Source of the DNA: Sphagnum compactum
Lineage: Eukaryota
DNA: 64,000 nt
Assembly (NCBI GenBank): GCA_965153455.1
Contig: OZ234493.1
Location: 29,688,213-29,752,212, forward strand
Direction of reading: 5' to 3'
The notes beneath the pieces were generated by a model. The model searched no databases. It saw only the letters and a program-made list of their open reading frames with translations, and was not told the origin of the DNA. The position numbers were made by a program, and so were the translations under genes. Below, piece by piece: positions 13,683 to 27,314 of the stretch (position 1 is its first letter; each line of letters starts with the position of its first letter).

Positions 13683-14790
13683 CAAAGTTGATGAATGTGT
13701 TGAACATTCATCAAAATGATGAATAATATTCACATCTTTGTAATTATTAGGTTAGGTTGAATGGTGGTGACTAGGGTTTAGAAGTTGAATGGTGATGACT
13801 AGGGCTTAGAAGTGGCAGGTACATTAGGGTTAGGTGGTAGGTAGGTTAGGGTTAGGTGATGACTAGATATGGTGTTAGGTTAGGGTTAAGTGGTGGTTAT
13901 GTTAGGGTTAGACAATGGCTATTAAGGTTACGTGGTGGCTCGGTTAGGGTTAAGACCTAATATATATTGGAATGGTTTTGAATAAATTTTTATTCTCTTT
14001 TATCAAAATTTTAAATGCACATAAAGATTTTGAGGTTTTGTAATTAGTTTTGTTATAGGTTATAATTTTATGATTGTAGTTTGTGACACATTCAACCCAT
14101 TTGATTTATTTCATTGTTATTTCAATATAATTGCACCTTTTGACAAACTTTGGTGTTTCATGTTTTTCTAGTTTTTAAATTGTTTTCAATATGTTATGGG
14201 CTCATGTTAAATAAAAGAAAAAACATTGAATTAACACAATAAAGAGTGAAGTCTTTTGCATAAAAGAAAAGATTCATTTGTTAAAGTTAAATGTGTTGTT
14301 TTTGGAGTACCCCAAGTAAGCGATAGGTTGGATAGAAATTTTCAAGTGTTTATGAGGTTTTCTTGTTAAGGTTTTTTTCAAAGTTGATGAATGTGTTGAA
14401 TGTTCATCAAAAGTTTGAATAACATTTGCATCCTTCTAATAATTAGGTCAGGTTGAAAGATAGTGGCTAGGGTTTAGAAATGATAGTTACATTAAAATTA
14501 GGTGGTAGCTAAGTTAGGGTTAGGCGGTAGTTAGGTTAGGGTTAGGCATGGCTACATTAAGGTTAAGCGATGCTTATTAAAGTTAAACGATGACTGGTTT
14601 AGGGTTAAATGATGGCTAAGTTAGGATTAAGACACAATAAATGTTTGGAATTAGTTTGCTACAAGTTATAGTTTTATGATTGTAGTTTGTGACACATTCA
14701 ACCCATGTGATTTACTTCTTATCATTTCAATACAATTGCATCTTTTGATAAATTTTGGTGTTTCATATCTTATTTGTTTTCTAGTTGTTT
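13683..14790. repeat. ~700 bp tandem duplication, each unit containing a degenerate TTAGGG-rich minisatellite
   Basis: 'caaagttgatgaatgtgttgaa..ttcatcaaaa' occurs at ~13683 and ~14379, and 'ttatgattgtagtttgtgacacattcaacccat' at ~14068 and ~14674. The ~25 bp units 'taggttagggttaggtggtgg' lie at 13745-13955 and 14443-14630. Confidence 0.85.
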
Positions 14791-16638
14791 TTAGTATCTT
14801 CAAAGGTAACAAAACTTTTTTTAATTTGTATATCTTTTTTTTTCTTTATATGTAACCAACACACTAAGATTCAAGTACATATAAACATCACATACAAATG
14901 CATGCACACACAATCCACTAATAAAGTTGTGGCCTCAAAGAATTATTATTTGTTGTTTGATATCAATACAATTAAAGTATACACTATACTTGAATCTAAG
15001 GTACAAAATGCAAACAAGGTTGCCTTCGCTAGACAAGCTCTTGGATTGAGCTCAATGGCATAATTCCACCTCCTCCTCTACTTTAAATCAAACCATAAGA
15101 AAAAGTGACATCATAACACATATTGTGCAAATTCAGCATTGGCACTACTTGAACATTATGACGGTCACATTTGTGCCATTTGTGCCATCATTGAGAAGGA
15201 TTTTGTACACTACTATTTCCACCTTCCTCAATCTTATTAATTGTGTTGAGTCTCTAGGTTACAAGTTTTACTTCTTTCGACATAAACTATTTTTCACCCC
15301 ATGTTGTGGTGTCATCTATGAGCTATTTGTTTTCCATAATTATGGCCAGAGTACATGACACATGGTCATGAAGCTTTTGATATGCTCAATCAAGTTTCCT
15401 ATGTATCAAATGAATGGCATTGCCTTCTTGACTTTCTGACGACTATTGATTAAAAATACCTATTCATTTCCCATAAACTTAAATGTCCCAAGAAAAGAAG
15501 TCCAAATCCCTAACTTTTCAAATATCATCCTCAAATTCATGACACCTTCCTTCACCTCAAATAAAGCCCGCTCAATTTTCCCTGCTATCTCTTAAACCCA
15601 ATAAACTCAACTAATAACCAACCTATGAGTGTGATAAACAAACCATTTTTTAAACATTTAACACTACATAATTAACAATTTCAATAAACATGTGGCTGTA
15701 ACAAAAAAAAAGTCACACCATGCTCTAGGGGTGTTCAATAGAGTATATCCATATTGAATTGCCTCCATATTTGTCAACCCATCCATTGATAACCAAAAGC
15801 ACATACCGCACATCAATGAAACAAAGAATTGATGTTGCTTGGTACCTACAAAATTTGATTCCAACGTAAGGGGTAGAATATTTGTTATGTGAACCCATGT
15901 TTGTAGGACAATAGATTGATTCACCTCTCGTTTCACAATTGAACCAAGTATTTATTTGCACACTTTTGAACACCCAATACCCAATCACTGTGGTAATTCC
16001 AAAGACATACTAGGCTATCAAGTGTGCTAGTTTAGTTGTTAAGTTAGTTTCCAGTTAATTAGAGATAAAATTAAGTTAGCTTAGTTGTTTGAGTTTTTAT
16101 CTCAAATCGATTCAATTGTTAATGGGGTTCAAAATATTCTGTGGATGAGATTTAATCTCAATTTGTGTGATTTTAACTGACTTTTGGTGATTTGAGATTT
16201 CAATACACTCTCTTATTGTATGCAAGTTGTTATGTGTATGCAAGTTTTTATGTGTTTTTGACATGGTGTTAATTTTGCATTTTATTGTGTGAAAGTGTTA
16301 GGTTTATATTTTTGTTTTCATTGCAAGTGATTGACCATTTTGGGTTTGAACATGATCTACCATTCAAGATATTTTCATGTTATCTTCTGTATGTGTGGTA
16401 ACAACAATAGTTGTAAGTGTCAACATACAAAGCAAAACAACAAAGATTTCCATGGTCAAAGAATTTGAATTTAGAACTTCTCATTGGAAGAAAACCGTCT
16501 TGGTTTTCTTTGCCCAAATGTGTGCTGAATTCCAAAGGTTTTTGGTTTGGCACAGAGATGTGGTCAGGAGTCAAATTGTTGGATATGGAGAGGATTTCAG
16601 GAATTGATGGATGTTGAATCTGTTGGTTTGGATGGCAG

Positions 16639-17381
16639 CCACAAGATGCTTATGGCCTCCAAAAGCTGGCAACAGAAGAGTTATGTAAGCATTACACCAA
16701 GGATTTAAAAATGGAACGTCGAATCCAAAAATTCCACAACATCTACGGTCCTTTCGGTACCTGAAGGGTTATAAGATCTTCCTCTTTGCATTTGTCTCTC
16801 AATATGTCAAGTACGTGGTCCTAGATGTGAAGCTCTAGCAATCAATAGTCTTTGTGTTGAAGCTCCAAGAGATGGTAAGCATGAACGAGATGGCAGAAAT
16901 AGTGCTCAGCTTTGAGAACAAAAGACTGCCTATTGACCATATTCCAGGTCCTGAGGTTGTGTGTAGCTGCAACTCTGACAATACACTTATCAACAAGAAG
17001 CTTAGATGGGCTCCATCCATGCATTTGAAGGTATGAGTTCATATCCTTGGCTCTGAAGCTTCATACACTCTGTTTGCTGTTGTGTCACTGACCCTTGAAG
17101 ACAGTAGATTCAACAGAAAGAAGTACAGTTTTTGTGTGGAGAATGCGGTTCCATCAATGACAAAAGTGTGCACGATGTGCACACATTGTAGGTCTTTTTG
17201 TGAGGTGGTGTTGGTGTTCTAGGATGGACTATGCATCACATATTTGTAGATCAAGGAGAAGATTGAGAAAGAGAAGTCACAAGGTGTAGACTTGGCTGGC
17301 AGGTATGCTTCATCAAAGGTGGTGGGCACTCAAGCTCCTGTCCAGCTTGGGTCCCTCAGAGCAGCCGATGGCAAAGAGTGA
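16639..17381 (+). pseudogene. GME: GDP-mannose 3',5'-epimerase pseudogene fragment (C-terminal half, with introns)
   Basis: PQDAYGLQKLATEELCKHYTKD...FHNIYGPFGT* (TGA where W is expected); EMVSMNEMAEIVLSFENKRLPIDHIPGPE...NSDNTLI; intron gt at 17031 to ag at 17222; DGLCITYL*IKEKIEKEK...SSKVVGTQAPVQLGSLRAADGKE*. It has two premature stops and lacks the N-terminus and an internal segment. Confidence 0.9.
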
Positions 17382-20300
17382 AGGTGGCAAGCCATGATAT
17401 CTTTACTACTTTTGTCAGCTAGCCATACTACTTTTATGTGAGGCATATGAGAATTTACATGGGAGAAACATATTGCTTTTCCATGTTAAGAAAATACTTG
17501 TACACCCCTTCACTCTTACGGAGCATCTCATTAGACCTTGCACTAAAAAGTTTTGTAAAAATTATGCAGCCATCAAGACAGCCATGTTGTCTGTGCTTCC
17601 TTGTGGTATGTTTTTTTGTCACTTTGGCTTTGAAGCTAACTTTGTCAACAGACTGTCAATTGCCGAGTGATCATGATTTTGTTACTGTATCTTCTGTGAA
17701 CCTTTTGTCTCCTTGCCACTCCTCAACCTTGTCAAAGTTCTCGTAATCCAGAGCTGTCCGTAGACCTGTCTTCCTTCAGGTGGTGAAAGTTGAAATCTCA
17801 ATTTGGAGTGAAGCTTTGGACTTCATCTTGCAACTATACATTAAAGTACCACTACCAGACAATAAGCAACACGGGCAGGGAAGTGAAATCATTTGCATCA
17901 TATTGTAGTGCAGATAGAGAAGTTTGCTATACAGCATGCAACAACACCACCATCTCTTCATGTTATTAGGAGGCACACAGCCTTTTTGATCATGCTCATA
18001 AAGCGAACCAAGTAGTAGTTGTAATCTTCGTTGGTTAGAAATGCTCCTAGTTCATTGGTGTGCAGTTTGAGAATGAGCTTGTCTACTACCCTCAGAGATC
18101 ATTAGCATCTGACCAGATTTTACAAGGAACTGCAAAAACTAAGAGATGATTTCTGGTCAGGAGTTTATGGTCTCAGAATTGCAATCCTTGATATGGATCT
18201 GATGGATGAAAAGCACCTTAAGAATGTTCATCTACATGAACTCAATTCAGTCCAAAGCATTCTTTTCTGAGACGAGGAGAAGCCTGGCTTTATCACCATG
18301 GCTGTTATGTATTGCAACACTGTTGGTTCTCCCACATGGAGCCAAAGGACTCTAAGCCTGCCCTCTGTGTCTCTATAGATACAGGAAGCTTGTTCTTGTC
18401 TACCATTCCACCGAAGTAGGAGTAGAAGAGTGGTCTCCACTAGGTCAATTGAGTGTAGCCTGGCAGGGAGCTTTGTGTATGATTAATGTGCCATCCTCTG
18501 CTGATGCATTCTGATAGGCTGTTCCTGAGCAAGGGTTGTCAATCAGTGCAACCACACATTTCATTGTCAACAGAAATGCCAATTGCATCATGTACAATGC
18601 AACAACAGGAAGATTCATACCATGAGACAATCCACAGGTGTAGTTAGTCTCAATGATGGGGACTATGACAATTTACTGCAGCTGTATCCTCCACAACAGC
18701 TGCACCATGATGATAGAGCCAGATCTTCCAAGGTGAAACCTCTTCCAGACCTAAAGGAAATGTGAAACTACCTTGAATTTCTCTCCAATCAACAATGCTA
18801 TGCCATCTGGTCTTGATTTGCTTTGTGTGCTTATAAGTGCAATCTATTGTAAGCAGATTTTGGATGAGTCCAAGTGGAGTGAAAATTCAAGGTACTATCA
18901 CATTTCCAAACTGTCAATTAGAATTTGGTGCTTCATGGAACAGGCTTTGTCAACCGAATTCCTTAGTGTGATGCAGGTTTATTATGTCATCTGCTAATTC
19001 TTTGTCTACAATTATTCTGAGTGAAGTGAGATACTTTGGGGGATAGACAGGATCTTTGATGTCGTAGTTCTATCTTTCGCAACATGGCTGGCTGGCTGCA
19101 GCTGTTAGCTCGAAATGTGACCTTGGAGGTTCTGGTCTTTCTCAGAGGCCATTGAAGGCTCTGGGCCAAGGCAAAAAAGGGAGACCTTGTGACATTCAAT
19201 TATGTGTGGCACTGCTCCAATAGTTAATTCCCTTACCGGTACTGTGTCTTAAATTTATTCTTTCATGGGATCACTTATCTCTCTATACAATTTCCTAATA
19301 GTGATGATAAGTGTGGAATCTCCTGGCTACTGAGGACATGCCAATGGGGATTCATTTCAGCAATGTGGATCAATTTGGTGGTGAGAGCCAGCCTTTTGTG
19401 ACTCTACTTGGTGAAGGCAAGGTAGCATGACCTTCTTCCTCTGTTGTTTCACACATGAAAATGGTTTTGAAACTCATTGTTGGGGTGAGATTGCAAGGCA
19501 ATGAAGAGTGAAAGTCGAGCCAAAACAATATGCATTGTGCTTTCCAGTTGTCAAGAGGCAATTTGGACCACTGTTCGACATCTGTAACTTGACTTTTACA
19601 TGGACAGACCCTAATTGGGCTTGAGGAGGTTATCATGGGTATGAAACCTGGAGCTACGTGAGTAACACAAAAAAGAGTTTACATATGTATGCTGGAAGTG
19701 TACCTGCACAGGTCATCAGATCAGGTTTCAGCAAGTTACATTCCTGTGTCCTAGACGTGCATGCATGACTTGATCAAGTTGCTACTTGAATGTGTTTGAA
19801 CATGATTACTGACAAGTTCTGCTTATCTCTCTGGGGAGTAAGGAAAGAGAAGAGCTCTAGTTCCACCAGCTTTTGGCTATGTTGATTCAGCTCTTGGGTT
19901 CCAGTGTCATGAGGAGGTATATGTACAAACAATGGTGCTGCAATGTTCCAGGGTTCCAACTTGTTCAATGAGTGTAGTCAGTAATTTGCAAATGGTATTA
20001 AACTGGGTGCTACTTCCACCTGTTTTGAAAGTGGAATGCTTCATAGAGCATAGTCAGGGATGCATAAGCCTGGCATCTTCTCATGCAATGCATGATGCTG
20101 CAGTCTCATAAGAAGTGCTGATGCAACTCTACAGATTGGACCAAGGAGAACCCTCATATCACATGCCAATGAGCCTCTGGTGTTTGAAGTTCAGTTGCTG
20201 AATATAAAATCTTGGAGTGCTGAGATTTCCTTAAAACATGTATGGTAGTTTGCTCTAAGGAAAACAACCAGTGCAATTGCTGGTTTGTGGAGAGTCATGA

Positions 20301-20993
20301 TAGCTCATCACTGCAATTCATGATGAAGATTATGTCACACTCTGAACAATACTCAAAGGTTATGAGTTATGACCACACTCACTGTCAAGTTCCCTACAAA
20401 TGTTTTGGAGTTTTCTGTGCAGTTCCATAGATATGTTGCAATTGCTGTCCTTATGTCAGGTGGGAGATCTGTTGACATCTTCAAACCTTCACAGAAAATT
20501 TCAGAATGTTGGTAACTACATATCTGTGACATGTGAGCCCAGTGTCAAAATAAGGAGTCGCACATTTACAGGACCATCCAAGCTTTATTTGATATCTGGA
20601 ACCTTGTATATAAAATGACAAATTTGGCCCATTCTAAAGGTTAGCATGAGGCCGGATGTGGTCCAGCTTCCACCAATTCCAGCTTGGGTTTAATTGCACA
20701 AGAAGAGAGAACATGGGCATTTCTTGCAAAAGCTTTGAACATAACCAAAGCACTGCCTTGGGATCTTTTGCTGATCTAATTGCTCAAAAGGTCAACTAAT
20801 TATTCATGAACACATACTGATCATGGACTGGGAATTTCTAAACCAGCAGTTTTGAGAGATATCCAGGGAATTACTTAACCTGGACCACTGCAAGTCTATT
20901 TTCTCCCAAGTACAGACACAGCACACACAAGTACAACAAAAGCAGTTTGTGACCAATCAGCAGAACAGATGTTAACCAACTATACTAATCAAG

Positions 20994-22451
20994 CTAGAAC
21001 TTGATCAAATCATCTGTATTTCTATTTTTATACTTTTGACTCGTCTCTTCTGTTGAACTGTCACCAAATATCATTGCATCCAAATCTAACATGGCCTCAT
21101 CATCATGTGAAGTGGCACTTGGTGCAGTTGTCCTTGGTGTCCGGTTTCGTACAAGCTTAGATTCTTCACTGGTGCCCAAGTTAGAGTCATCTTCCTCAGC
21201 TTGCACATGGGCAAATACAGGCTCCTCTGGATGAGGTGCTTCAGTAGACAGATTACCCATCTCCTCATACTTTGCAAGAACTTGCTGTAGTTCATCGTTC
21301 ACATGCAGAGCTTCAAACAACAACGGGTCATTATCACCACCTCTTTCAATAATCTTCTGAACTTTAAATTGTGACTGTCGGCACTGCTCCACCAATGTCA
21401 GTGTCAACTCTTCCTGAAAAATGCCACCCACAACCATAGTAGTGTCCAGTTAAGCAGGCATGTTTTCATAACTTCAAGTTGTTGCAGGCAAAAGGCTGAG
21501 CTTTCAGAACAAAAAACCCACTCCTTCATGCATGGGCACATATAAAGCTTCACAACAGGGAGCAAAAGTTAAACCTGAAGAGCCTCCTGCTGTGGGGAGG
21601 AGGTAAGGACTGTTGATAGAAGCTCAACACTATTGCGAGAGACATCAAAGATCTCCTTAGCATCCTCAGGGTTGGTTGGGGCTAGCCCACCACTTTCTGC
21701 ACCCATTCCTGCACCAGATCCTTCTGTGCCTGACCTTGATATTGACTGTGGGGGTGTGAATATAGGTGCCAAGCTTTCAAGGTCACGACCTGGAAACTGT
21801 ATCCCTCTGGACTTCAGACTCTGTAGCAAGGAAACCTCCAAAGATTAGAGATTAAAACTCCAAATCCCTCACCTTCACTATCAAAAACACATCACTACTG
21901 TACTCAATTCTCAAAACCAAGTTTAGGCATACCTTGTAAGTCTGTTCAAATATGGGAAGATATCCAAGCTCTTCTGTGGATTCACCCCAAGCTTCAATCA
22001 GCTTTAATGCCTTATCCCGGTTTTCGGTTGGAGTTTGTGGGTCATCAATCATCTTCACCATCTCATCCAACACCTTCTCTGAAGCAACCTCAGAAAACAT
22101 TTTCTCACAATTCTTCACACAAGTCTCTAGAAGTGTAAGAGCCAAGTACTGGATGTGGGTACTCTTGACCATCATCCGTTTCTTGATGGCTCGCACAGCT
22201 TCCTGCCCACTTACTTTTCCTGTGTTGACAAAATCACATAGTTCCAAGCTTTTGCCCCAGTCTGGTCCTTCCATATTCTCTGCAGTGGCCTCCTCAACAA
22301 GCTTGTCAGCTTGTGTTGAGACCTGGAAAAGCTCCTTCATCTTCCCACTCGCTGTTATAATCCTTTCGGACATCTTTCTCCCCACTTCTGTGCCCCCCAC
22401 CTTCAGCTTCTCACTAAACGCACTGAACTTCCCCTTGAAATTCTCCCCCAT
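20994..22451 (-). CDS. TOM1-like (TOL) VHS + GAT domain endosomal sorting protein
   Basis: Exons 22451-21933, 21820-21575, 21413-20994, all phase 0. VHS motifs ATAENMEGPDW, ALTLLETCVKNC, LIEAWGES, LKSRGIQFP; GAT motifs LVEQCRQSQ, LFEALHVNDELQQVLAKYEEM; C-terminal DDLIKF. Confidence 0.93.
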
Positions 22452-23739
22452 TGCAAAATCGTTTCCCAGCTTCTTAGGACTCCAATCTTCCTCCTCGAAT
22501 TCACCAACTTTTGCACGGAGTGTGGAGCCAGATCTATAAACACAACGCCCCAACCGAAGTCTTAACCCTGCTCCAAAATTGTAAACAGACGAAACTTCAA
22601 CACAGAACTATTGCAAATCCAAGCACAGAATAGTGATGCTTCACACAATATATAGCGGACTCGAAACTATCCAACATACTTGTAGGTAATAGAAGTACAG
22701 AACCTGATGGAGAATTGCAAACTGAGACAACCCACCACACAGACTACTGGCAGCTATTGAAAACCCAACTACACAATCCTGATGTTCCACTGGCCAAAAT
22801 CCTCAGCACACACAAAAGCAATTGGTGCAATAATTCGAAATTCGCAAAGCCAGATTAAAAGATCGGCAACAAAAGTTGACTCCAACTCCGAATTCCGAAA
22901 CTAGACCTGGAGACAGTCAACCCTAAGCCAAATTGCGGGGATCTGAAGAACACGAAACTGGGCAAAACAGACGCTATTCCGATATTTGCAGCAGATTTGC
23001 GGCGCAAGCAACTTTCCAACAGCAATCCAAGACAACCCAATACTTTTTAACCCATTTGGCAAACTCTAGCCAAGGAGAAGTTGATAGATCAACAGATCAT
23101 AATCATTTGGAGTGTGGGTCATTTGCTCTCGTAGGCAGCTTCGATGTGCCCTAACGAATGGGACCCAAAGCCCCAGCCTTTCCTTGCAACCCTAGTCTCA
23201 CACCTTCACTTTCCACGGTACCTTCCTTTCAAGGGTAGAGTGCACCTCACTACATATTCACTTTCGATAATGAAAAAAAGTGCCCATTTTTTGCCCTTTT
23301 GTTATTTGGTTATAATGCCAGTGCAAGGCTGACTATCAAATGGAGGGAAGCAAAAAGGTGTAGTTCAATGCGAAGTTCAACTATAGATGCCCTTATTAGT
23401 CATGCTGATGCATGGAGATTCCCAGTCACACATCTCTCTGCACATAAAATAGCCCAAAGCCTGGAGGGTTAGAACTTTAAAAAGTTGAAGAATTTCTAGA
23501 ATATGTCAAATCTAATATAATATTAATAGTTGTCATTGCATTTGTGGTGAGCCTCTAAATTTAGCACAACCCATTTTTCCATTGTTCCCATTGTGGGAAA
23601 TGAATTGTTTCCTTCATCATTGTTCAAGATATTTTTCAATTTCATTGTGAGAGGTGCAAAGTTTCATTTTTCAAATTCATGTTTTTTTTTTTTGGTGTTG
23701 TCCTTTTTTCAATCATCTCATCAACAAGTTAACATTGTG

Positions 23740-24130
23740 TTATGAATTACTGGTTGATGTTATCATTGTTGATCTCGTTCGGATAAATTTAATTTTGTTT
23801 CATATTTCAATTTTGCAAGATGATTATGACAATGGTAACTTGAGTAAAAGAAGGATTTTATCACAATCTATATTTGACAAATGCATTTTTTTCGTTGTCA
23901 TAAAAGTTTTTGATTGTTTGCATCGATAATCAAACTTTTTTTTCATCAATGTACTAACATGGTGTGATTAGCAATAAGAACCAATGGCCCTCCTTTGATC
24001 GTTTTATATGCTATTTATAGACAAAAGGTGTCAATAGCCATCTCTATTTTGAAACGTGTCATCAATGTAAGTTAGAGCTTTTCTAAGCTTACTGCTCTTT
24101 TGAGTTTTTTTCTCATATTGATATGCTTCT
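23740..24130 (+). mobile_element. Degenerate non-LTR retrotransposon C-terminus (restriction-endonuclease-like, CRE/R2-type)
   Basis: Decayed translation LVDVIIVD...IKVFDCLHR*SNFFFHQCTNMV*...GPPLIVLYAIYRQKVSIA resembles the D..V / E.FG / 'RQRVSVALQ' tail of REL-endonuclease retroelements. Confidence 0.5.
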
Positions 24131-27100
24131 TGTTGCAATTGGTGCGGGTTCTGAAACATTATTTTTTCCTACACCCATAGTGACCCACTTTGGGTTTTGC
24201 TGTTTTGCTTTGGACTTGAGTCCTCTCTATTTGTTCTTTGTTTTCCCCCTTTATTTGGTGCTTTGTTTAATGGAGTTTGCCAGATTTCATCATACTAGGG
24301 GTTTTAAAACATCCAAACAACCAATTTCAAGTTAAACATATTTTCTTACGATTCCAACTTTGAAGGAGGCATGAGTACAGATTTAACTTAAATATTACTT
24401 AATCCCATAGGTTTGCCAGTGCATAAGTCCAAAGTTTCTCTAACAGGCAGTCTGAAACGATGGAAATGCCCTTGTAGGCAATCTCCACTTGCTAGTTCAT
24501 AGGAAAAAATCGAAACAGATTCCTTTTCAACAACTAGAGATGTGTAAAATTTTGAATGGACAGATTTTATCTGCCACAAGAACGGGTAAAAGACCCAATT
24601 AAATTATTCAGAATTTGAAACAATGAGCCCATTACGTCTAAACATACACTAATTGCAATGCCTGATCAGAACCATAGTTATAGTTATGATGCATTTAAAT
24701 CTGCTTTGATCTTGTACTCAATCTCATCCATCTACATTTGACAAGTATAATTTTTTCCTCAATTGCATTGATACAACCCAGAACTAAGCACACTACTTCT
24801 AGTTCAGATTCCAGCCTCCCAAATGTCTTAAAGATTAAGAGAGTGAGCCTGTCATGTGCTGACTCATGAGTCTTGACAATTCTGAAGAATAAGTAGCCCA
24901 CCTTTGGAAGGAGGCAACATGTTGTGTGTTGTGCACCTGAGCTTCTCTCCTTATAGTTATTCCAGTTTTGAATTGCAAACCAAAACTGCAAAGGGAACAC
25001 CTTACCTGTACAAATCTGCAAGACATCCAGGGGCAATTGAGATCCACAATTTAGCACTGTTCAAAACACTATCATATATACATACATGTTCCACTCCAAG
25101 TTTTGGGGTCCATTGGGTCATGGGTGCAGTTGCTTAAAACTTAGGATGACATGCACAAGGTTGAAAGGACCCCTCCACTCTGAATTTCCATTCATTGGGT
25201 TTCTTTGTTCCTTGAAACTATTTGAACCGGAGGTTTGTACTTCGTTCTTAGGTAAAGCGAGTCACCTTCACAGCAACTCAGAACTTCAGGTGCCCCGCCT
25301 ATTTGAAATTGGTCTTTCTTTTACTAAGTTAATGAGTCCTGACTCTTGAGGTCCCTTAGCAGCACAGTGCTGGTGAAGATCAGAACCAATCAGAGTCATG
25401 CAAGGGATTTACTAGTTTGCTTTGTTTAAGGTGTTATTTAACTGTGAAATTGGATAATGGGTACCAAACTCATACCATGGATGGCTCCCTGGTAAGCCTT
25501 GAAGTCGCAAAGTCATGGTGTGACTCTCTCTCATTTTTCCCTATAGAGGAAATACAGGAGTTTATAAGCCATCTTGTGCAAGTGGCATCTTATTCTGTAG
25601 TTGCAAGCAATAAAGCTCTGGCCTGGTCAATGAACAATTACCATTCACAAAAAGAACTGAAAGAAAGAGAGTTACTAAGTTCATTGTTTCTAAAATTTTG
25701 AAATCAACCTCAGCAATACTGGACCTTTCAATCTTCACCATGAAAATGTATTGTGGGGGTACACAAACCTGCCAACTCTGAACAAATTGTGAGCAACAAT
25801 GCCCTCAATCTTTGTGTCACACACTGCATATTGCTCATTACCATGGCATGTTTGGAACACAGTTTTTGCTTCCCAAAGCGTACACCAATGCCACAGTACT
25901 GCCTTTTTTTCAGGGTACTATGGCAATTCTGGAAGCAGCTTTTTGTTTTTGAATGTGTAAAAGAACCAACATACTCCCCCACTGCACAGGTCCCACACAG
26001 GAAACATCCTCTTAGACAACTGAAGGCCAGAGCAGTCCTGTGTGGTTGGTTAGTACCATGTTATACTTGAAGCTGGCAATCCTGCATTGTTGGTTCAGTA
26101 GCAAATTGCAGTAGGAGAGCACCTTTCCTGATTTTGTCAAGAAAGATTTATAGAAAGGACCAAGCCTAGTGCTAGCAAATGTGATCTAAAATGATCTGGC
26201 CTCACATATATCCATTCGTGTAAATGTCAACCAGTTCTACTCCCACTGTAGAACTGTCCTAATGCAAGCTGGAACTGTTTTCCACAGTTTTGAAGAGAGC
26301 TCAGATTCCAGGCCCACCAAACAGCATGGCGACCAACACAGGAGCCTGATCTATGATCCATAGTTCTCAATTTTCAAAACTATGAAAAAACACTTGTCCA
26401 CCAAATGATGAAACCCCTCAGAACAAGCTTTCAGAAAATCTCTTGGACTTCAGATTTGAGTCAGCAGATCACAAGTTTCAAATCACAAGTATGATCCACA
26501 TTCCTTTCGAAGCACTAACTTTGCCACAGAAACGAGGAACCCAAAGGATTACGAGTGACTGCAAATTTGGGATTACCTAAAACTGGTTGCTTGATTCCAT
26601 CAAATTTTTGAAGAAAGGACCATGAAATGCAACCATTGATGAGACGCCAAACATAGACTGATAAGACGTCCACCACCTGGGCAGGGGATTCGACTGCTCA
26701 TCGCCTATCCTGGAACTCAATCGCCTGCACTCTCACATACTTTCGCCTATGAATAGGGAAGACTAACCCGTAACTGCTGTGATGCAAGCATTCTCTTTTC
26801 GATTGAGCTGTCGCTAGTGCAAATCTCCTCTTTGGCATCCTCCGCTGTCCAGCCTGACCCCGCCTCATCTCAATGTTTGTGCATCTCTGTCGCCAATTTG
26901 TGCATCCGTGCAGAGTTGCACGGCCGACTGGCGCGTGATCTCCGAATGTCAGATAGAGCAGAATCCTAATGGAATAGTGCTCGACGATTGCTCCATCCGC
27001 CCGCGCTGTGGCGCGCTGTGGAGGATGGTGAATAAGACCTAATCAAATGCTAACAGAGTTGCGTCTTTTCGCCTACGATACCCAAAAACTGAACTCCGAT

Positions 27101-27314
27101 TCAAAGAGTACAAAAGCTTCGAAGCCGACGCTAGAAACTTGATCGATCTTTGAAGAATGACATAGATTTTGGGCGGGGATCGGCTGTCGATACACGGAAG
27201 CTCTGGCCTGGGTATGGGACGAGCCGAACCTCTGCACACTTTGCTCATCTGACCAGTAAACGATCTGTTGTTCAATTGCAAGTAGAGTTACGTATTACAA
27301 ACCGCACTACAGTA

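Noticed and set aside
21952..22539. 195-aa plus-strand ORF
   Set aside because: Antisense shadow of the TOM1-like VHS exon.
26700..26722. Possible miR390/TAS3-like site (tcgcctatcctggaactcaa)
   Set aside because: Too many mismatches to miR390 and no second site or tasiARF sequence.
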